DNA from: Peribolospora baueri | Lineage: Eukaryota | DNA: 64,000 nt | NCBI GenBank assembly: GCA_029717555.1 | Contig: JAMDHS010000009.1 | Span: 124,001-188,000, forward strand | Reading direction: 5' to 3' | Shown: positions 23,220-35,689 of the stretch, one piece after another | How the letters are laid out: the number at the start of each line of letters is the position of its first letter | How positions within the stretch are numbered: the first letter of the stretch is position 1 | Notes under the pieces: model-generated | The model's database searches: none | The model's input: only the letters and a program-made list of their open reading frames with translations | What the model was told of the DNA's origin: nothing | Made by a program: the position numbers and the translations under genes

Positions 23220-25169
23220 ATGACCCCTGAGTGCGACGACGACTTGCCCCGTCATCTACCAAGCAGCTCCGGCCTTCTCCCCCCCATGCCTCGCAACATC
23301 CTCAAGAAGACATCCTCGCCGGCCGTCGCTGACGACGCGCCCCCGACAGAGACCGGAGTTGAACAGGCGGCAGACGTCATCGCCACGGAACAGCCCGGCG
23401 GCAAGGACGGTGACTTGCGTGATGTCCTGGAGGATGAAACGGCGATGACGGCCGTCCAAGCACAAACTGCGTCTGATGATCACGCTACCAACCCTCAGAC
23501 CCCTCACTGTGCCTCGGCACCCACTGCGCTCGTCGAATCGAGCACGCCTCAACCCCCTTCCCCTGCACCCCCGTCATCCAGCGTTCCACCCACGTCCCAG
23601 CCGGAGCCCACAGCTCCAAGCCAGGCCACTCCCCAACAGCTCGCCCAGGCCATCCATCGCCTTCTTGGCCCTGGCCCACCATTCTACTCGACAGCACCTA
23701 CCGCGTCTTTCACCGGGGACAACGGCAGCTCAGGAAAAGGAAACGAGGGCCTCAGCGACGGAATAACAGATTCGATCCTCATAGGCGCTTTAAGCAATCG
23801 GAATTCGATGAACGCAACTGCCACCGGCAGCGAAGGCGCAGCGACGACGAGCGTGTGGAGCGCGCTGGAAGCTATCGTGCCAAGCGGCGACGCGGCCGCG
23901 ATCACCTCTTTTGTCGCCTCCTCCTCGCCTTCCGCCCCTCCTTCCTCCTCGGCGAACAGTGCCTCGGCCTCGGGCTCGGGCAAATGGGACTCGATCATGG
24001 TCACCTGCCCTCTTCCCCAGCTCGACGCGTCGGGCGCTCCTTTGAGCGGCGCAATTCCGGAGGTGCATCTAGCCGACAACATCGTAGTGCCTCTATCGGC
24101 ATTACAGAAGGCCCGCTTCTTCGATGGGCATCCCGAGCAACTTTATGACGTGCCTGGCGTCGCGGGAAAGAAGCCCAAGTATCGGTGGGGCCAGTTGGAG
24201 CGCGAGGGGAGGAGGCAGGCGGAACAGGCTAGGTATGCTACCGTCAAGGCGCTGAAGATGAACCTCGACTTGGACGACGCCGGGGATGCGGACGCCGGGG
24301 AGATGACGGGGGAAATGGTGGAAGTGAAGGGTGGCAAGAGAAGGGGGAAGAAGAAGACGATGGTGGAAGAGCTGTTCACGACTCAGCAGCTCCTCGACCT
24401 CTGGTCTTGGCCCTCGTGGGTCCCTTGGCTCGGTTCCAAGGACAGCAACGCTGCTGGAGGGTCGTCCGGCTCAATGGGTACGGCCACTCAGCCCAACACA
24501 GGCGATGACGTCACGGGCGGCAAGAGAGTCTGGGTGCCCAGCCAGACCGACCTTTCTTTCCATGCCGTGAGCCGTCCTTGTTCATGGGCTGGCTCGCCTG
24601 CCCGGTCTGCGCGAGCTCCACTTCTTTTCTCGATTCCTATGCCTGCTCCAGGCCTGGTGGGGCTACTCCCTCTACCTCCCCCCTCCCGTGTTGGCCTCGC
24701 TCAAAGGGGACGTGGACGAGGGCCAAAAAGTAACCAACCTCATCGTCACCGTCCTCAACGCCGTCCTCAATCACCTCCCTCCCTTGCCCGTCGAGCTTCT
24801 TTCCGCCGTCGCAGTCATGAAGGCCATCGTACCTGGGACGTTCATTCAGTGGAGCTACTCTGGTATGCCATCTTTCTTCATCGTAGCTGACCGACCCGTC
24901 GTTCCGCCGGATACGTCCAGGCGTATCATTGATGTTTTATCGCTCGTTCTGTCTTTCCCGTCGACGTCGGGTTTTGGACAGAGATCATGTCCTTTGATAA
25001 GGGCAAAGGCGTCATCCTCTCCGCCACCTGGCTCCTCCCCGTCGCCCTCATCCCTCGCACATGGGATGCTCCTGATCCACCGTCCCCGCCTTCACCACCC
25101 ACTTCTACTCCAGCTCCAGCCCCAGCTCCAGCTCCAGCCCCAGCTCCAGCTCCAGCTCCTGCTCCTGCG

Positions 25170-25226
<57 letters not shown>

Positions 25227-25430
25227 ACTCCAACACCTACTCCAGCCCCCGCTCCTTCCACCGGAAACGACGGGCCAAGCCCTACGCCTTCGCAGCCTAC
25301 AGCGAACCCGATCCCGACCCCGTCGTCGCCATTGACGACGCCAGCCCCGGCAGCTCCAGCTCCCACGCTAGCTCCTGCGCCTGTGCCTGCTGCCAGCAAG
25401 AGTCCGGCTACATCGTTGCCGGCGTCATGA
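23220..25430 (+). CDS. Hypothetical fungal protein with C-terminal (Pro-Ala)n repeat
   Basis: Long open exon 1; spliced globular-looking block VWVPSQTDLSFHA/AWWGYSLYLPPPVL...SFDKGKGVILSATWLLPVALIPRTWD; GT-AG introns near 24567-24651 and 24863-24980. Confidence 0.75.
25108..25250 (+). repeat. Coding hexanucleotide repeat (CCAGCT/CCTGCT)n encoding poly-(PA)
   Basis: Direct tandem repeat visible in the sequence. Confidence 0.9.
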
Positions 25431-26234
25431 GCACGATGCCTCCCCTCGCCAGCACTCACCAATGCGACAGGCCCATTCCTCTCAGGCCTCAGGCCTGCCG
25501 ACTCGCCCAAGCTTCCCTCCTCATCTGTAACGAACGAACGAATGAACGAAATGAACGGGCCCACCCATGTTATGGACTTGACGACGACGCCCGCGATGAC
25601 TGGCTGGCTGAAATTCGAGCGAGCCTACACTTACTTGACCCCGGTAAACATGCCACCCCCCCTCCCCTGGCCGACTAGGCATCTAATCTTCTCTGAACCT
25701 CGGAAAACTGGCAGAAATTACTTCTTTGCACCCCAAAGCGAACCGAACGACAAAGGAAAAGACCATTCGTTTACAACTGCGCTCCTTGCACTCTCTTTAT
25801 ATGGATCACAAAAACGAGGGCTATATGAGCGAGAGGACGGAAAGGATAAACTACACGGAAAGGGGGACGGGAACCGTTCGAATACATTGCTTGAGGCTCC
25901 TCAAGCAATGATTTCGAGGGCGAGAGACAGGACGAGACTAGGCGACGACGCAGGAGACAGGGAGGGATGATGGGGAGACAAAGCTATTTTGCGGCGGCAG
26001 TTAAGGTGCGGACGATGTTGGGAAAGGGGGGGAGGGGGCGCGGACAGGGAATGGACGTTGCCAGTGCTAGGAAAGAAAACGTGGGAAGAGAAGAAGAGGT
26101 TGCAGCTTCCACATGCGTGCGAGGCATTTAACGAGTCGCTCGCTCTCCCTACCCGTCGACCGTGACAGGCCGTCGCTCGCCCGTCTGTCGGGCCCCCAAC
26201 GCTGCCCCGAACAAACAGCCTGCCAGCGCTAGCT

Positions 26235-29200
26235 TCAACCGATCGTAGTGAACGAAGCGCCGCTGGGCTGTTGGGGTGTGACGCCGTTGGGCAAAGTCTG
26301 CTCCGAGACGCGAGGCCCCTGGCCGGGCAAGCCGAATGATTGACTGCTGGCAGCGTTGACGGCGGCCTGATCGATAGTCTGACCCGCGCTGGCCTTCTTG
26401 AGCAGCTCGTTGACGGCGGCCAGCTGCTTCTGAACGTTGAGACGATCGGCGTAGAGCTGCTGCCGGCTGGCCTCGATCTGCCTCCTTTCCGACTCGAGCA
26501 ACTCCTCCAGTTCCTCGAACTGGCCCATCTTGAGCTCGAGCTTGCGCAGCTGCGCCTCCACCACCTCTGAAACCAGTCGTCGGATCTCCCCCTCTTCATA
26601 ATCAGCAAGCATGCGTGCCTTGGCTGCCGCGGCGCCGAGGGCGATCGACGCTGCTCGTTCGACGGAGGTCCGAGGGAGGGCGGAAGAGCCGTCCGCCGCC
26701 GTCGACTTGTCGGCCTTGCCGTCGTCGCCTTCCGCCGTCCCGCTCCTGGAAGAGGGACCATTAGTCTTAGCCGGCGATCCTTCGTCTTCCTTCTCGTCGA
26801 CTTGCATCGCCGCCACCGCCTCTGCTTTGCTGTCCTCCTTCTCTCCTTGCTCATTCTCCTCCTTCTCCTTCTCCTCCTCCTTCTCCTCCTCCTCCTTCTT
26901 CTCCCCCTCCTCCTCCTCCTCCTTCTCCGCCTCGCCCTTGCCTCCCTTATCGGCCCCCGTTTTCTCCGCTCGCTTCGCCTTCTTCTTCAGCCCGTCCGTC
27001 AACTCTCCAAGCGCGCTTTGAGCCGCGGCGGCCGCAACGGCAGGGTTGACGGCCGAAGCGAGAAAGGCGACGACGCTCATCACGGGGTTGTCCGCTTGGC
27101 TGAACGGCATGCGCGCGTACTGCAGCGCCCCCAGGTCGGACTGGGTCGTCTGCTCCAGATACGGGTCCTCGATGGGCAGCTGGAGGAAGTGCATGATACA
27201 CTGCTCGCGTGTGCGCGTGCCCACGTGCTCCGCGGTGGCGTTCCAGTCGTCTTCGTACATCTCCAACCCCTCGAGCAACAACAAGGTCTCCTGATCTGTC
27301 CAGTCGTCCAACTCATTCGAGCTGGCGTGCTTGAACGCCGTGTCATCCATGCGCACAAAGTCGCCGCTGTACATCGACGATGGGAACCGCCCTTCGAGGT
27401 AGCACGGCGGACAGAGCTCGTAATTCTTTACCTTGACGCTGTGGTATCTCTGGCGCGTGCAGTCGACGCCACAGGTGTTGCACATGAACCGGCCTTTGGC
27501 CGTTTCCGCCGATGAACCCTCCTTGGCAGCCTTTTCAGCCAACGCGGACGCCTCGGAGGCGTCGATTGGCTTGGCACCTTTCATGGACGTCTGATAGATG
27601 GACTTGCGCAACTCCAGGTGAATGTCTGGCTTCGCGCTCGACGCCGCCACCGGCGCGGCAGCGCTGAGGGCAGGAGTGCCCGTCGGGGGCTTCCCTGTGC
27701 CCGGGTGCAGCGGCTGCAGACCGCGCGGCGTGTCGAGTAGGACGCGGAAGTGGCCCGTGAAAGGAGGACCGAGCGACGCAGGTCGGGATTCCGGGTCGAT
27801 CTGCGATGATCGTGCAGAGACAGGATGCTCACGTACATCAGCGACAACACTCGCGGGTGGACAGCAGGTCGTCGCAGGAACCTGAATCGTCTGGCGCTAT
27901 ACTCACCTGGTAATTGATCAAACCCCACTGCTCAAGGAACGCGTGCACGCGCATGATGGCGCACACGTCGCCGGCCAAATTCCTCCTGCAAGCAGTGACG
28001 GTTAGGTATTCGCTTGGATTGAGGCGATAAGTGTTGATCATGAAGTCGCGGTAGTCCTTGTACACGCTCGGCGTCTTGCTCCTGTTGCGGCTGTTAAAGA
28101 ACTCCGGCAAGCTGCGCTTCTCGATCGCGTGAATGGTCGACATGTTGAACCAGGCCGAGTAGGACGGGATCACGATTTCCTGCGTCTGAGCCGCGAGATA
28201 CTTTCGCGCCTCGTTCTCCGCCTGCTGTCGCGCTTCCTCGATGACAGCCTGGTCGGGGCGAGCCGAACCCTCTCGATCATCCTCCTCATCCTCCTCCTCC
28301 TCACCACCTCCTTCGCCCTTGGGGCCACCTCCGCCGCTGCCGTTGACCCCGTTGGGGGCTGTACCGTCGGCCATATCGACATCACCTCCGACCTCTGCGA
28401 GCGCCTGTTCGCCTTCGGGCGCCTTAAGCACTCTCGGCCCGGTGACGGCGCCAGTCGGACCGGCGCTCGACTCGCCACCGATGCCCTGAGAGATGTTGCC
28501 GATCGTCCCGCCGGCAAGAGGATCGGTCTCGTATCGCCTGCCCGTCTTGGGAGGACCCGTGGCGCCGCTCACGTCCACGGCCTCGGCACCTACGGGGTTA
28601 CCAACCTGGAGCTTGACACGCTTGACCTCGGTAGCGTCGGTGTCGTCGGTCACCTGGTCGGGCAAGCCTCGCTTGCGCGAGCTACGCGCCAGCGGGACCA
28701 AGGGTGTAGAGGGAGAAACGGATGAAGAGTCGGCAGTCGAGACTTCGTCCTCGGCGACCTCGTAATCTTCCTCGTTCATCCACTCGTTGTACTTCGCTCC
28801 ATCCCGTAACCATCGTCCGCTGATGTGCCAGACGCCAGTATGCGTCTGTTCTGGGTCCGGGTCGGCAAAATCTCGCTCGGGGAGCCAGGTGTCATACGAG
28901 TCCGGCCGGTACCAGACGTGGATGAGCGCCTTGCCGTTGGACTTTGCGAGCGTGCGGAAATACTCTTCCTCTGGTGCTGACGTAGGGTCGTCCGCGGCGG
29001 CGTGGAGGATGTGTGTGGCCGATGCGTAGTCGGAGACCCAGTCGCCTGAGGGGGCGGAATGGAAAGGAAAACCATTCGGGATTAGCACTCATATCCGCCA
29101 GCTTGGAAGCGCGAAAGGGCATGACTCACACTCGAGCTGCTCGGCCAAGGTCTTCCACTCATGCACGTCAGAAGCTTTGGCCCCTTTGGCAGGCCCGACC

Positions 29201-29679
29201 TTTCTCCTGGTCAACAAGCCAGCATTTCTGAGCTCGGTGCGAACGTGGGCGACAGCATCGACGAAGAGGCCCTTCTTGGCAGGATCGGACCAAGAAAATT
29301 TGCCATCTGCACCCTCTCCGCGCTTGAGAAGATACGATAGCGAGGCGAGGAGAACGTGATACAAGGGAGAGGAGGGGGAGAGGTCGGCGGCGGTGGAGAA
29401 GAAGCTGGCGGGAATACGAAGCGGATGTCGAGCGGCCGGGTCGGAGGAAGATGGGTTGGCGGGCCTGGGAGCATTGGCACCAAGTGCGTCGTCTTGGAAC
29501 TGGTACAGGTCGTTGGCGAAGCGGGCGAGGAAGTCTGGGGAGAGGTCGGCGGGTGGGGTGAGGTCGGAGGCGATTAGCGCGTCGCGAAGGGGAGAGAGGA
29601 TGGCGTCGAAGCGGGAGAGGGAGCCGGGGGAGGATTGGAAGGTGCGGTCTGCGCCGCCGTGAACTTGAAGGGAAGTCAT
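26235..29679 (-). CDS. RSC8: SWI/SNF-RSC core subunit of the Swi3/Rsc8/SMARCC family (N-terminal module, SWIRM, ZZ, SANT, coiled coil)
   Basis: SWIRM IVIPSYSAWF...EKRSLPEFF...YRLNPSEYLTVTACRRNLAGDVCAIMRVHAFLEQWGLINYQ; ZZ CNTCGVDC...LCPPCYLEG; SANT WTDQETLLLLEGLE; PFSQADNPVMSVVAFL; introns near 27800-27906 and 29047-29130. Confidence 0.93.
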
Positions 29680-29811
29680 GACGGGAGGCAGGCGAGGAGG
29701 GAAAGGATTGGATGGTGGGTTGGTGCGAGAATGATCCTTTCTTTCCGATCGGATGGATGGAGACGGGACGTTCGTTGTACGCGTCGTGGTCGAGTCGGCG
29801 AGTCGCAAGAA

Positions 29812-29815
<4 letters not shown>

Positions 29816-29847
<32 letters not shown>
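29816..29847 (+). repeat. (AATC)8 microsatellite in the divergent RSC8/NKAP intergenic region
   Basis: Perfect tetranucleotide repeat. Confidence 0.9.
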
Positions 29848-30167
29848 CACCCACGGGCGGCGCAGGTCGGCGTGCGCACGTGAATACTCCCGAGCAGGTT
29901 AATCCGATGCTCGTCGTCGTCGCCGTCGTCGTCGTCGTTGCGTCGTCGTCGTCCACGGCGCCTCAGTCGTTCTTGTTGCCGCTGTTCATATGGACGTTCC
30001 CTCGCCCGCCTTCGACGGCCGCGTTCAACAATGAATGCGCCGCGTGCGCAAACGTGCAAGCAGTCGCCGCAGCGTGCTCGAGGGGCATCACGTGCCTGTC
30101 TCCATGTTCACGTCGATCTCCTTCTGCAGCCGTCGCGACCAAACGCACTTGGACACCGACAATCACC

Positions 30168-32180
<2,013 letters not shown>

Positions 32181-32628
32181 CGACCCTTTCCCGCTTTCCC
32201 TCCTCGTTCTTCCGTCTTTCCTGTCTCGCGCGGTTCGAAAATTGTCATCATACGTGCAATGTCGTTCCGCCCTTCTCCCGTGGACGCCGTGTCTTCGCTA
32301 TCGCGACACATGATCGGTTGTCGCGGGAATGCGGTACTGGAATACCGAACGCCGAGGTCCCAACGGAACGATCAGTTGCATCCGCATGAACAGTCCAGAT
32401 TCCAAGTTTGTTCTAAAATCTTCCCCCAGACGAATATTGTGAGATCGTGGGCTTTTTCCGCAAACAAATGGTGTGGGGACGCAGTGAAAGATGAAAGAAG
32501 AAAACGAACGGAAAGCGACGGAACCGAGCGAATATCCCTGGACGGAGCCAACGTAGACCTTATTGATTTATGAAGATGACATGGACGGCAGTCGGTGCAC
32601 AGGGCACAAGAGCGAGGCTTCCGACACC

Positions 32629-33779
32629 TTACTCCGTTTTCCGTCCTTCACCAATCCCAGCCGTGGCGCCCATTGCCCGAGTGACACCGACGGTGGCTTG
32701 CCACCTGCAGCGAGAACCGGAGCGGAGAAAGGACGTCGGGAGCCGATGCGAAGGCGAGATGGAGGAGAGAAGACGGTGGTCAATAATCGTCGCAGGAGTG
32801 CCGCTTTCCCATGCCCTCCCATCGCTTGGGCAGCGCGCAGAAGGATATGATGGCGAAAACACGGAAGGACGAGGGGACGCGAAGAACGCACCATGCGAGG
32901 GTGAGAAGGGCGACACTGGCGTGCAACGACGCCCATGCCAACTCGGCTGTCATGCCCATTCGCTCTGCCCAGCCGCCCACGGTTAATGGGATGAAGCGGG
33001 GAGCCTGGACAAGGAGCGTAGCTGCTATCGTGTGATATACGGCAAGTTGGATTGCGAAAGCTCTGCGTAGGGGAGAATGGTGCCGTGGACGACGAGGCAG
33101 CCGGTAAGGACAGTGGAGCATAAATTGGTGGAGGCCCTGCAGCGCCGCCTTTCTTGCTTTGAAACAGGGGTGCGGGAAACGGGACGAGTCGGAGAGACTG
33201 GCGGGGGACGTCTACGCAAATCGCTTACCGCTTTCCGGGAAGGTAATCGGGCAAGGAGTAGCACAGACCGGCCGCGACGCAGGTCGCCAAGGAGAGAGAG
33301 GCGTACAGCTGTGCGTCGTGCCGAAATGGGAATGAGAAGGATGGAGAGGATGGAAAGATAGATTGCAGCCAGCGTTAACTGTATTCCATCAAGCAGGTAG
33401 ACCAAGTGGAGCAACGATTCTGTCCTATACAGGACGGCGCACCTTCAAGAAAACGAGTGTGGTGTTAGTGAGCTCGATGAAAGGAAGCTTGAGCGTCTGG
33501 AAGAGCCCCTGGAGGGAGAAAGGCAGCTCCAGCGCGGCGTGGAGAAGGAAAACGACGTTGCTATGGTCGAGAGATGTCCCATGCCAAAAAGTGAATAGCC
33601 GACCGGTGAGGGTGCGGCGGAAAGGAAGACGAAGGAAGAACAGAGGTGAAGCGAAGAATCAGCGCCTCGGCGAGATCAGTGCCTCGTCCGCCGCCAGAGC
33701 AACGCTCGATCTGAGGGTGTAAAAAGGGTGAAAAGGGCAAGGCAAGCAAATTCGGTACGTACAAGCCCGTGCTGGACAT
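32629..33779 (-). CDS. Small uncharacterised multi-pass membrane protein, 5 exons
   Basis: Spliced translation MSSTGF/NVVFLLHAALELPFSLQGLF...TNTTLVFLK/LYASLSLATCVAAGLCYSLPDYLPGKR/AFAIQLAVYHT...QAPRFIP...WASLHASVALLTLAW/WQATVG...KTE*; canonical GT-AG junctions keep the frame. Confidence 0.8.
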
Positions 33780-33880
33780 GATTCAAGATCGAGCGCTCGA
33801 AAGCGTGGAGGTTGGTCGTCGTCTGATTAGAGCTTGGATTCGAGCTGGACATCAACCGATAAGCAGCCCTGTCGGCTGCG

Positions 33881-33912
<32 letters not shown>

Positions 33913-34755
33913 ATTCGGATTAAATTCCATATGTAAAGGCCGTTATCGGCCCATAGGGAATATACAGGTGTTGAAATAGTAAGAAGTACACTGCGGTAAG
34001 TGCTGCGGAAGCCACCGAGGGGTCGAGAGGCGGTGGGGAGAAAAGGAAAGGTGTCTACATAAAAGGTCGGAGTGGGCCCTGGTCTATCAAGAAAGGTGCT
34101 CCTCAGGACTCAAATAGCTGTACAACCAGCCCAAGGCAATGATCGCAGGGATGGGCAACTAGGCGTAGGGGTCGCGGCAGGGTTCGGCTGGCAGGGGCGG
34201 GGGTCACCCGTCTTCGGTGCGTTCCGTCCGCGAGGGAGAGGGGGAAGCGCACAGTATCCCTAAGAAACCGGGCAGTGAGCGGAAGGGCAAGCGGATCGAA
34301 GAGCAAGGTGTGGAGGTCTTGTGTGGGGAGGTGTCCTCTGAAAAGGGCGTCTCTGAGGCATCGTCGATGTTCGCGCCAGCGAGGGCAGAAGAGGAGGAAG
34401 TGCGCGACCGTCTCCGGGCGCTGGCAAGAGGGGCATTTGTCGGTGTCGGCGGCTCGGACCCTGTACAGGTAACTGCGCAGCGGGCAGTGCCCAAAGCGGA
34501 GTTGAGTGAGGAGTGCGGCGGCTCCTCGTCCTAGTCGTGCAAGGGCGTCGAAGGCGTCAGAGGATGGGGTGTCGCGGCGTAGGTGGGCGTGCCAACCTCC
34601 GGCCGATCCGGCGCGGAGTCTATAGAAAGGACCGACGTCTTTAGCAGCGGTGCGTTGTCGGCGCTCTGCCTTGGCTGCCGCTGGGGAACGTGGGAGTGTC
34701 CGAAGGAAGTAGTTGAGGGCCGCGTCCTTTGGGGCAGAGTTGTCCGTCATACCGT
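33881..34755 (-). mobile_element. 5'-truncated non-LTR retrotransposon (LINE, Tad1/I-like): ORF2 C-terminal CCHC domain, 3' UTR and (AATC)8 tail
   Basis: LLTQLRFGHCPLRSYLYR...CPSC..PETVAHFLLFC zinc-finger motif; stem-loop GGCCG-N4-CGGCC at 33938-33951; (GATT)8 on the + strand at 33881-33912. Confidence 0.85.
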
Positions 34756-35038
34756 GGCAATCGAAGGGATCGGCGAAGTCATGATCTAGTTCGTCGATGC
34801 AAGAAGGCTCACGCATACCATCACCCTTCCTGGATGCCTATACGTCCCAGCCCTAGATGAAAACCTACTCTCGGTCGCCCGGTTGGTCAAGTCTCAAGAT
34901 CTCCAGGACAACCGGGCGACCGAGAGTAGGTTTTCATCTAGGGCTGGGACGTATAGGCATCCAGGAAGGGTGATGGTATGCGTGAGCCCTCTTGCATCGA
35001 CGAACTAGATCATGACTTCGCCGATCCCTTCGATTGCC
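34756..35038. repeat. Fold-back inverted repeat: two 130-bp arms, 1 mismatch, 23-bp spacer
   Basis: 34756-34885 is the reverse complement of 34909-35038 except AAGAAGGCT versus AAGAGGGCT. Confidence 0.97.
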
Positions 35039-35534
35039 TGGTAACGCCATCCGCCAACTCGACTTCGCCCCGAGTGATCCTGAGATGGCGGAAGGAGTCG
35101 CGGTCATAGCACATATGGGTTGTGCTCCCCGAGTCCAGGTTCCAACCCTTCATTTTTGTCCCCGAGAGTCGGGTTCGTAGTGCCTTCTCCCTTCTAAATG
35201 TTATCGTACTCACGTCCTCTTCCGTCCAGGAGTCGCTTTCTCCATAAGCCGCCGACCCGACCTCGGAGCCGCTGCCCTCGGTAGACGCCTTCCGAGCCTC
35301 GGGGACAGATTTGCCCTTCGTGTCCTTCATCACGCTCTTCCGAGAGGCGGGCCTCCGGTAGTTCCCAGCCCCCTTCTCGACGTTGTCCCTCCGGACTCTC
35401 GGATTGAAGTTGGGATGGTCACAATCCCTGATCCAAACCCGATCCAGTGGTCCGGGCTCTTGCAAAAGTTGCAAGTTGTGCCCGAGGGCGGCTTCTCCCG
35501 ACGCCGCGATCGACAACGCGCTTGCCGCAGTCAA
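34909..35534 (-). mobile_element. Degenerate Ty1/copia gag-pol fragment (zinc knuckle, aspartic protease)
   Basis: CNFCKSPDHWI(RDC) knuckle broken by an 11-nt duplication; WNLDSGSTTHMC protease motif; VELADG; CLYVPALDENLLSVARL; frameshift and internal stop. Confidence 0.88.
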
Positions 35535-35689
35535 TTAATACTCACACTCGCCGGCCGGCTCAGCCCTTGGCCTCTCTTCCCCTCGCTCTACCTCCTCTTT
35601 CGGCCCTCCGTGTCTTTCCTCTCCTTTCCCTCCGCCCTCTTTTCTTGCGTCTGTGCACTGTCTCTCTCCCGCTTCCCTACCAGGGCAAG

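Noticed and set aside
34756..35038. Inverted repeat as MITE or DNA-transposon TIRs
   Set aside because: The arms are copia coding sequence continuous with the adjacent copia fragment, and no TSD flanks them.
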